Source: a virus (taxonomy: Duplodnaviria > Caudoviricetes). Taken from it: 33,423 bases of DNA. Below the pieces are notes generated by a model, which was not told the DNA's origin, did not search any database, and saw only the letters and a program-made list of their open reading frames with translations. Below are positions 1 to 10,057 of the stretch, piece by piece. The stretch lies in the IMG/VR virus record IMGVR_UViG_3300006875_000077, positions 1-33,423 of that record. One strand, 5' to 3'. A program made the translations under genes and the position numbers. How positions within the stretch are numbered: the stretch's first letter is position 1; the number at the start of each line of letters is the position of its first letter.

Positions 1-560
1 TGAATCGGCACGTTCGTACCAGGTATTCGCAGTTGGTTGTGTTGTTGTGTTTGTTGCGCCACTTGCTACACTTGGATCCGTGGCGTCAAACGCAGAAACT
101 GTCGTGTTGTCTGCTCCACAGAATCCGGCAACGATTAATGTGTCTTTACTGGTGACGTCAATAGCTGCAGTTGAAAGAGCCGTTGCGTTTGCTGCTGCAG
201 TACTAGAAGAAGACGCCATGAACTGTGGCCTGCCGTTGCTTGCCCTGTAGATCAAAATACGTCCAAGCCCAATATCACCACCTGTTCTTGTGAATGTGTT
301 AGCTGGTGCTGCATCACCGCGAACAATCGATGCGATTAAACCAGATCCAATCGATGTACTTGTGGTTGTGCTTGTGTTACCTGTATTTTGCGTTTCGTGG
401 ATTGTCCAGCCAGTGAGAGCTGTAAAGCCAACGTTGCTCCTGTATGCAATAACAGCTACATATAAATCCCCCTTCTGACCACCTGCCGGAAGTGTGATGG
501 CAAGGTTTCCGCCGTTTGCTGTAGAAGCTGCACCAACGGCAACAAGTGTCCAAACGGTCA

Positions 561-561
<1 letters not shown>
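1..561 (-). CDS. Putative virion/tail-associated protein, partial (runs off the window)
   Basis: Not in the ORF track. ATG at 561 overlaps the fibre stop (TGATG). Open for 187 codons to base 1: MTVWTLVAVGAASTANGGNLAITLPAGGQKGDLYVAVIAYRS..., Thr/Ala/Gly-rich, beta-type composition. Confidence 0.8.
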
Positions 562-3329
<2,768 letters not shown>

Positions 3330-3369
3330 GCCTGCTCTTTATCACGCCTGTGCTTTAATCATTTTACTA

Positions 3370-5013
3370 TCACTGGCTTGGTTTCTCTCCAAGCGCTGGA
3401 ACGTATGACAAATTGTTTTTGTCGTACATAGTAAACCCATCAATCTTGATGTAGTTCAGTGGTATATTAAACAATCTTTGAAGCATGGGTTGCATTACTT
3501 GTGACTGACAGTTGTAAGGCGGAACATCCATATATGTAAGCGCACGTGCCGCTAAATCCTTTGTAATTGCACGATGATCTTTTTCGTATTCGTCAACAAG
3601 CTTTTGCTCCCAACTTGCCATGCTTTCAATTTCAACAGGGAAATCAGACGGCTCTGGAGGGAACACACCATCTTGAAACCGAAGGGCGTAAATATGCTTA
3701 CAGTAGCGCATTTCATCTAATACTGGAGACCAAATATCAGTCAAAGAAGTGATGACATTATTGGTTGCAGCATAATCTTCGTAAGACGGCATGCCTTCTG
3801 CCGTGGATCCTGTTAATCCTGGATTGCTGGTAGTACGTAAGTACAAAGAACCAAATTCCGAGTAAACACCAGGGCTGTCGCGAGCAGATCGTAAATCAAC
3901 AGATGTTGCATCAGTAACAGTACCAGGGACAGTCAGGTTTTCACTTGGAGCAATGATTTCAAGAATACGATCGACATCTGCTTGAGTCATTGCTGCATTA
4001 TCAACAATGCCAAGTCGTTTGAGCAATTCATTGCGACCGGGTTTAACGCTGGAAATAGCACTACGAGGAAAAGCTTTTTTGTTGCTTTTCCCTAGATCCA
4101 TCATGTAGCTGTATTCACGACGCGTAAAATCCTGACACGTACAACAGTACCTAGCGCCTGTAATAAAATATCTTCCAACATTTGGAGGCCTTGTTGAAGG
4201 CGTAACCAAAGCACGGTCAGGAGTTGCCTCGACGGAACCAGCCTTGCGAAGCTTTAATATACCCGTCTCTTCATTCGTATCAACTAATACGGCTTGCACA
4301 TAGCCATATCGTTTTTGTTCTATTGGATTGATTGTATCCCTGTCAATAATTTCTCCATTTGCTTCCAAAATACGATCTTCAAGCACTTCTCCGTTTAATG
4401 CTTTTAGACCTTCGATTGCTTGACTGATATCAACGTATAAAGGAGGTGGAAGTTTATTGCCTGAACTCCAGGCTCCATTGAGCTTTACATACCAATAATC
4501 ATTGTCTTCTGTAACGGATTCAATGTACAAATCAAAGCTTTGTTGTTTTGCATCATCGTCTAACCATTGGCCAATATTTTCGTAGTCAGTGAACTGTGCA
4601 TCAAGCCAATATTGGGTTACTAAAACGGAATAACCGTCAACCTGGTCAAAGCGTACACTGCCAGATTTTTTGGTGCCAGCCCAATGAATACCAAACTCTT
4701 TATTCGTAGTGGGAAAACCTGCAAACGTTCCGTTGATGTCTGGGTATTCAGTGCCGGGTGGCAATACGCCTGATGCAAAAGGGACAGTGTATTTAAAGTT
4801 ATAAACGTAATTATTGTCATGCAAAGACGCAGTTGCTATTTCGTAGCCCCTGCGCCAACGCGTCCAAGCGGATTCACGGTTTGCCGAATAGATAGAATTC
4901 GGTACGCTTCCCCTGGAAAACTCAGTTGTAATCGGCTTCAGTTTAAATGGATCTTTTGTTATTGCCTGACTGAATCCACCAAATGAGCCGAAACCATTTG
5001 ATGATTTACCCAT
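3370..5013 (-). CDS. Hypothetical 547-aa protein with a split SWIM-like Zn-finger motif
   Basis: Long ORF. YCCTCQDF (C291, C293) and YCKHIYAL (C438, H440) resemble the two halves of a SWIM motif, CxC...CxH. Confidence 0.75.
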   Translation of the reverse strand: MGKSSNGFGSFGGFSQAITKDPFKLKPITTEFSRGSVPNSIYSANRESAWTRWRRGYEIATASLHDNNYVYNFKYTVPFASGVLPPGTEYPDINGTFAGFPTTNKEFGIHWAGTKKSGSVRFDQVDGYSVLVTQYWLDAQFTDYENIGQWLDDDAKQQSFDLYIESVTEDNDYWYVKLNGAWSSGNKLPPPLYVDISQAIEGLKALNGEVLEDRILEANGEIIDRDTINPIEQKRYGYVQAVLVDTNEETGILKLRKAGSVEATPDRALVTPSTRPPNVGRYFITGARYCCTCQDFTRREYSYMMDLGKSNKKAFPRSAISSVKPGRNELLKRLGIVDNAAMTQADVDRILEIIAPSENLTVPGTVTDATSVDLRSARDSPGVYSEFGSLYLRTTSNPGLTGSTAEGMPSYEDYAATNNVITSLTDIWSPVLDEMRYCKHIYALRFQDGVFPPEPSDFPVEIESMASWEQKLVDEYEKDHRAITKDLAARALTYMDVPPYNCQSQVMQPMLQRLFNIPLNYIKIDGFTMYDKNNLSYVPALGEKPSQ

Positions 5014-5016
5014 GGA

Positions 5017-5802
5017 TTAGAAGAATCCGCCTTGAGCAATAATGTGAGCACCTGGTGTATAGCCAGATGGATTTGCAGCATCTGGGAAAACACCTACGTA
5101 AATACGGTCGCCCCGTTCCAGGTAGATGCCTTTGTTGCGTAAAGGAGCCGTAGCCCCTAAACCATTTGTGTTACCGGCATGCATTACTGGCGCTGCAAGC
5201 TGTGGCATTACGTCAGAGCAATCAACCGTACCACTGTTGGCAGGGACTGTCTTGGCAAACAGCACACGGTAATCACCCGAGCCAGGGATTGGAACAGTTG
5301 TATTACGTGTCTGATAAAAAACAAAGGTTACTGCTGGTTGATAACCGTAAGCAACGCCTTTGTATTCAAAGCCAGAAGTGCTGGCGCCCGAATAATTAAG
5401 TGCCGTATTGACACCTGTCAGCGTAGAAGTACCGGTGTATGTGTAATAACCGTAACCGCTGTAAGGTGCACCGGAACCTGTTAGTACACCCGTAGAAGAA
5501 ACAAAGACAATCTGGCCGCTCACCAAAGAGATGGGCGTACCAGACGTCGATACATTGACGGTGTAATCAGCTGCGCGATAAAAATCGTTGCGTGTAATGG
5601 TGATCGAATCAACAACACCGCCACTGTTATTATCTTCGCTGAGGTTGGCATCCATGTCCACCAAGATGGATGGAGCCTGTCCACCTTGCACAAACAAGGT
5701 ATTAGCAGACGAACTGCCAACAGTCTGTGTTGTTACACGAACCGTGTCGTATAACGGGCGATCAACAAGAAGTGGCTGCTTGTTTGTAGATGTCGAGCTC
5801 AC
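5017..5802 (-). CDS. Putative virion structural protein (tail/neck)
   Basis: 261 aa, Ser/Thr/Gly-rich, beta-type composition, within the structural block. GTG start with a TAGAAT box upstream. Confidence 0.7.
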   Translation of the reverse strand: MSSTSTNKQPLLVDRPLYDTVRVTTQTVGSSSANTLFVQGGQAPSILVDMDANLSEDNNSGGVVDSITITRNDFYRAADYTVNVSTSGTPISLVSGQIVFVSSTGVLTGSGAPYSGYGYYTYTGTSTLTGVNTALNYSGASTSGFEYKGVAYGYQPAVTFVFYQTRNTTVPIPGSGDYRVLFAKTVPANSGTVDCSDVMPQLAAPVMHAGNTNGLGATAPLRNKGIYLERGDRIYVGVFPDAANPSGYTPGAHIIAQGGFF

Positions 5803-5860
5803 TGTTATTTACGTTATTGTTGTTTGTATTCTAACTGGTTTGGGCTAATCAAATACTTTG

Positions 5861-6544
5861 TTAAATCAAACCAGAAAGAAATTCTAGCCCTGTTGGTTGT
5901 GGCGCCAGCAAATCTTTTAACAAGCGTTGCTGAATCATCTCCGTAATAGTCGGCTGTTTCTCTTCTACACCAAGCAGTGCATTGGTAAACTCTTTTAAAA
6001 AGTCTGCACTTGAAATCTCATTACTTGAAGGAGATTCCGTAGCAGGCGCCGAGCCGGCTAAGGGTTTTAAACCTTTTTTGTAAGTCTCTTCTAACGAAGA
6101 AAAACTTTTGACTGGTTGACCATAAGCGCTGCGACCCGCCAACGTTGGAAGAGACGCCCATTCAGGTGCTAGTGCTGCAACAAATTCAGGTGTTAAACCT
6201 TTTTTCTGCAGATAAGATAAACCGCCAAGACCAAGAGTGCGTTGGCGAGCAAGGTCAAGAGCGGCAATATCCTGCTCCAGCGGGCCAAACGAGCCGAGGT
6301 TTAATTTTTGCTGTTGTTGTTTCCAGGTTGGCGTAAGGAATTGATAAGCACCTGCTGCGGTGCTTCTTCCTCTCATGACTTTGTCTGGATGTTGCTGGAG
6401 ATTTGGAGCCAGCGAACCACCAAACATTACGCGATAAGAATCAGCCCCACCGCGTTCAGTGCCTTCCGCAAAACGAAGCATTCTAAGCAAAGCCTGAGCT
6501 TCTGGTGTTTGCCTGAATTGTTCGTAAAATTTGCGGTCAGCCAT
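5861..6544 (-). CDS. Lambda-R-like lysozyme/lytic transglycosylase (GH104-like) with C-terminal extension
   Basis: Motifs AEGT (catalytic Glu), Y..MFGG, STAAGAYQFL..TW, QD.AA and EWASLP. SD GGAGG lies 8 nt upstream of the ATG. Confidence 0.9.
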   Translation of the reverse strand: MADRKFYEQFRQTPEAQALLRMLRFAEGTERGGADSYRVMFGGSLAPNLQQHPDKVMRGRSTAAGAYQFLTPTWKQQQQKLNLGSFGPLEQDIAALDLARQRTLGLGGLSYLQKKGLTPEFVAALAPEWASLPTLAGRSAYGQPVKSFSSLEETYKKGLKPLAGSAPATESPSSNEISSADFLKEFTNALLGVEEKQPTITEMIQQRLLKDLLAPQPTGLEFLSGLI

Positions 6545-6545
6545 A

Positions 6546-6665
6546 TTAACAACCTCCTACCCAATTTGACTCCGCCTTGAGACCAGGAGCAAAGATAGTT
6601 TGCAGCGCAAGAACTAAACTGAGCTTGGTAGTAAGACGTTTGACAAAATTAGGACAGAGAATCAT
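6546..6665 (-). CDS. 39-aa signal-peptide-like microprotein
   Basis: MILCPNFVKRLTTKLSLVLALQTIFAPGLKAESNWVGGC. Fills the gap and stops 1 nt before the lysozyme ATG. Confidence 0.45.
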   Translation of the reverse strand: MILCPNFVKRLTTKLSLVLALQTIFAPGLKAESNWVGGC

Positions 6666-6751
6666 CGGTTTAAAGCAACAACACTGGCCTCCGTGAATCA
6701 AAGATTCGTTATCCAGCGGGTTGGACTTACATGCAGAGCAATGCCAAGAAA

Positions 6752-7501
6752 TCAAATATTAGCTTGGTTTATAAGACCCTGGAATTTTTTAAGTAACTCT
6801 GGATCAAGATTGACTGCATTAGGACCAAATGCTTGAGTTGTACCAAATGAAGTAACTGCGGGAAGGCCTTGGGGAGATTCGACGCCTGGAGGAGGTGTTG
6901 TCAACAATTGCTGGGGAGTTGTGAAGCCAAACCCAGAACGTGCTGCATTACCAGCAACAACACCCCGAATCGCATCGTAACCAGATTGACCAGGCTTAAC
7001 TTTTGCAGCAAGAGTGGGATTAGCTTTAGCCCACATCTGCATGCCGATATCCTCAGCGGTCTGAACTGCTTCTGGTGTGGCGCCAGGTGCAACAGCTTTT
7101 AGACGAGCAGCTTCATAACGTTGAAGTTCAGGGTCTTGCGCTGTCAATTGAGCGACGCGAGATGCCTCTTGTTGATAAGCGCGTTCTGCTGCGGAAGGAG
7201 TACTCGAAAAAGATTGTTGTTGAGATCCTGGGACATAACGCCCATACATTCCAGTATCTTGTGCTGTTGCCGGAATACTTGGACTTCCCTGCCGATAGCG
7301 AGAATAATAATTTCCAGGGATGCCTCCAAAAGCGGAATTTAAACCACTTAAAGCTCCTCCGAGGCCTCCCAGGAGTTGAGATGCTCTGGTTTGGAAAAAC
7401 TCACCCTGTCCGAAACCAGGCTTTGTCATCATAAGTTCACCGCTAGGCTGCTGCCACCTACGGCCTTTACCTGGAACATTGATCCAACGACCTTCAGCCA
7501 T
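6752..7501 (-). CDS. Gly/Gln/Ala-rich hypothetical protein, possible internal virion (ejection) protein
   Basis: 249 aa from the ATG at 7501, coupled to the upstream stop (TAATG). Lies between the two hydrolases. Confidence 0.7.
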   Translation of the reverse strand: MAEGRWINVPGKGRRWQQPSGELMMTKPGFGQGEFFQTRASQLLGGLGGALSGLNSAFGGIPGNYYSRYRQGSPSIPATAQDTGMYGRYVPGSQQQSFSSTPSAAERAYQQEASRVAQLTAQDPELQRYEAARLKAVAPGATPEAVQTAEDIGMQMWAKANPTLAAKVKPGQSGYDAIRGVVAGNAARSGFGFTTPQQLLTTPPPGVESPQGLPAVTSFGTTQAFGPNAVNLDPELLKKFQGLINQANI

Positions 7502-7962
7502 TACCGCCAAACCTCATTTAAATAAAGACTAGAACCAACAGCCGTATCAGCTGGACCAGGTAATGCCTGGATAAATTCAGCGCCAGAACGTTCGTAACGG
7601 TAACGAGCCTGGAACGGATCTTTGTAATTAGGAACGTAAAGAATTTGGGCTAATCGATTCGTCTCGTAGAGATAGATTTCATCCCAAACCTTGAGAGCCT
7701 CCTTGGCATTACTTGACCGAATTGTACGGTCAACGTCACCAGCAATGCTCTCCAACCGAGTCGAAGGCGAAGTCGCCACTTCCGTCTTCTTCTCTGCTGT
7801 GTCACATCGTCCAATCTGGATGATGATTTTATTGTAGAAGTATGAATCCGGAATGGTATTCAGAGCTTCTTCCAGACGAGCGTAATCACCCGCTGGCACA
7901 GACACTGTGAAGTAGCCCAAATGATATCGGACTCTACTTTTATCGTAGTCGCTAAGCTCCAC
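7501..7962 (-). CDS. Putative head-tail adaptor/head completion protein
   Basis: 153 aa, helical, begins MELSDYDKSRVRYHLGY. Size and position after the capsid genes fit an adaptor. Function is inferred. Confidence 0.55.
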   Translation of the reverse strand: MELSDYDKSRVRYHLGYFTVSVPAGDYARLEEALNTIPDSYFYNKIIIQIGRCDTAEKKTEVATSPSTRLESIAGDVDRTIRSSNAKEALKVWDEIYLYETNRLAQILYVPNYKDPFQARYRYERSGAEFIQALPGPADTAVGSSLYLNEVWR

Positions 7963-8000
7963 AGTCCTTCTTGCGTCTTAATTATTATAAATGGTATGAA

Positions 8001-8702
8001 TTAACCTAAAATATTGGGCACAGTAAACGGATTTGATTGCAGGCTAGACGCAATAAAAGAATTCAAAAAATTCTGTTCTTGCGAAGGTTGGAATAATTGA
8101 TTAACCAAGTCACGCTGTAATTTAGTTTCAAAACTTTCTTGTCGTGTTTCTCTGCCGCCAGCGCGCATACCTAAAAGAAGGCCTGTCAGCAGTGTTTCAA
8201 ACTGATTCCCTTTTGCTTCGGCTGGAGCTTGCGCAGTTGTTGTATTTGTAAGATCAGATGCCTCTCCCAGGCTTTTCATGTGGCCGTAGCCAAGCTCATA
8301 TTTTTGATCTGGCGTTAACCATGCTGCAACATTACCAAGACCACCTTGATCAGGTCTGGGGATGAATTTAACGTTTCCTTCGACAAAAATATCAGTTCCT
8401 TCTTTGCCTGCATAATCACGACCACGATGATCAGTACTGGCGTCAGGGATACCGGTATTTCGTGGACCCCAGCCAGATGTCATTGTAAGACCTGCGGCTG
8501 GGTTAAGAATCAATCCACCTTTGCCGTCATCAATATATTTAGGAACGCGATTTGGTCCGACCCTAACATTTAAAAATTTGCTTCTATGGATGCCAGGATC
8601 TTCGTATTGATTTGTCTCGAGATTTCTTACATACGCGTGAAGATGTGGGCCACTGGAAACACCCGTGGAACCAAGCTGTCCTATGCGTGTGATATTTGCC
8701 AT
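8001..8702 (-). CDS. M23-family metallopeptidase, circularly permuted
   Basis: IGQLGSTGVSSGPHLH (HxH, H20/H22) precedes TSGWGPR..HRGRD (HxxxD, H92/D96) and YGH (H141). Confidence 0.85.
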   Translation of the reverse strand: MANITRIGQLGSTGVSSGPHLHAYVRNLETNQYEDPGIHRSKFLNVRVGPNRVPKYIDDGKGGLILNPAAGLTMTSGWGPRNTGIPDASTDHRGRDYAGKEGTDIFVEGNVKFIPRPDQGGLGNVAAWLTPDQKYELGYGHMKSLGEASDLTNTTTAQAPAEAKGNQFETLLTGLLLGMRAGGRETRQESFETKLQRDLVNQLFQPSQEQNFLNSFIASSLQSNPFTVPNILG

Positions 8703-8713
8703 GAATTAATTTT

Positions 8714-8742
8714 AAAATAAAAACCCCCAGAAAACTGGGGGT
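8714..8742 (-). terminator. Rho-independent terminator
   Basis: Minus strand ACCCCCAG-TTTT-CTGGGGGT followed by TTTTATTTT, just after the 8764-9192 gene. Confidence 0.85.
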
Positions 8743-8763
8743 CATCCTAGTATGGAAACTTTA

Positions 8764-9192
8764 TTATACTCGGATTAAGTCAGCGGCAAGAACTGCGTCC
8801 CAATCAACACGCTTAATCTGTTTCAGCTGTTCGAGGTTGTGAAACCTTTCACCCGACAAGGACATCTGAAGATCTTTAATCTCTCGAGCTGTCTTTAAGC
8901 CAATGCCTTTGATGTGATCAGCGATCATTTGGGCAGTGGCTGAGTTGATATTTAAGCGATGGTCGGGTGGGAATGTACGCGGCTCCTCTTTTGCTGCTTT
9001 ATCTTTTACTTGAAGAGTCTTAACTTTTTTGGTTGCCTCTTCATCAGGTTCAATCTCAGTTTTGTAAACAGTGAAAAGGCGACCGTCCTGATCTTCGACC
9101 ATGAACCAATCGCCTTGATCCCATTCGCTTACAACTTTGACACGTGCACCTGTTTTTTTATGCTGATAAAGCATTGCTGGAGAGGTTGTCAT
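8764..9192 (-). CDS. Helix-hairpin-helix (ComEA/HHH_3-like) DNA-binding domain protein
   Basis: C-terminal LNINSATAQMIADHIKGIGLKTAREI...F..LEQLKQI. Small beta-type N-terminal domain. Confidence 0.8.
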   Translation of the reverse strand: MTTSPAMLYQHKKTGARVKVVSEWDQGDWFMVEDQDGRLFTVYKTEIEPDEEATKKVKTLQVKDKAAKEEPRTFPPDHRLNINSATAQMIADHIKGIGLKTAREIKDLQMSLSGERFHNLEQLKQIKRVDWDAVLAADLIRV

Positions 9193-9228
9193 AAGGACCA
9201 GTATTTACCTGGTCCTAGTTTAACCTAA

Positions 9229-10020
9229 TCAGCTGACGGTGCGGCCCAGCAGGTAGCCATCAATGTCCTCGTAGCCAGGAGCTTCGTCAGGCTGGAGGTA
9301 GCACACTTCAACCACGAAGTAACCAGTACGGCCAGCAGATGCGTCACCACTGGAGATGTACCAACCACCGGATGTGGAGGTAGCAGTTTGCGATTCACGG
9401 GCTTGCACGTAGAACTGAGCCGCACCAGTGATCTGCTTGTAGACGTTGGTAGGCAGAACACCCGTAGCGCCGGTAGCAGTCAGGAAGGGCTGAGTGCTAT
9501 AACCAGCAGTGCCACCAGCGAAGAAGATTTCGCCATTCTGCTCACCCGAAGTAGTGGAGGTCAGGTTGGCCTGGGACACAGCCTCACCCACAGTGCCAGT
9601 CGAAGTCAGACCGGTGGCGAAGGTGATCACGTTGCCGGTAGCAGCGTAGATGCCAGAAGCAACACGACCGTCACCCCAGCCAGAAGCGACGGAGATCGTG
9701 GCGCGATAAATATAAGCAGGCAGTGTGGTGCTGCCAGAAATCACCATGCCGGTGATGTCGGGGCGAGTGTCGTCCTGGCGATAAGGCGAAGGAACAATCA
9801 CTTTGCCGGAAGCAATGGCGCCAGCACCAGAGGTGGTGGTGACAGCCACATAACCACGCTGCTGGAAGTAGCGATAGCCAGGGACAGCCAGCACCGAAGT
9901 GGGGCCACCCTTGGAGCCATCATTAGTGCCGTTGTCGTTGGTATCAATGTTCTTGTACCAACCGTTCAGCGGCTCGGCCCAGTTACCTGGGAAGATTTTC
10001 TTAGCGGACAAATAGGTCAT
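9229..10020 (-). CDS. Putative minor capsid/decoration or other abundant structural protein
   Basis: 263 aa, Thr/Gly/Ala-rich, immediately after the MCP, with the same GC3-rich codon style and a purine-rich RBS (AAAAGGGAAAA). Confidence 0.65.
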   Translation of the reverse strand: MTYLSAKKIFPGNWAEPLNGWYKNIDTNDNGTNDGSKGGPTSVLAVPGYRYFQQRGYVAVTTTSGAGAIASGKVIVPSPYRQDDTRPDITGMVISGSTTLPAYIYRATISVASGWGDGRVASGIYAATGNVITFATGLTSTGTVGEAVSQANLTSTTSGEQNGEIFFAGGTAGYSTQPFLTATGATGVLPTNVYKQITGAAQFYVQARESQTATSTSGGWYISSGDASAGRTGYFVVEVCYLQPDEAPGYEDIDGYLLGRTVS

Positions 10021-10057
10021 TTATTTTCCCTTTTGTGTAGATGTATTAGTTTAACGA

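Noticed and set aside
6540-6562. prfB-style +1 frameshift joining the signal-like peptide to the lysozyme
   Set aside because: The SD spacing is wrong and UGU to GUU re-pairing is implausible. The GGAGG is explained as the lysozyme RBS.
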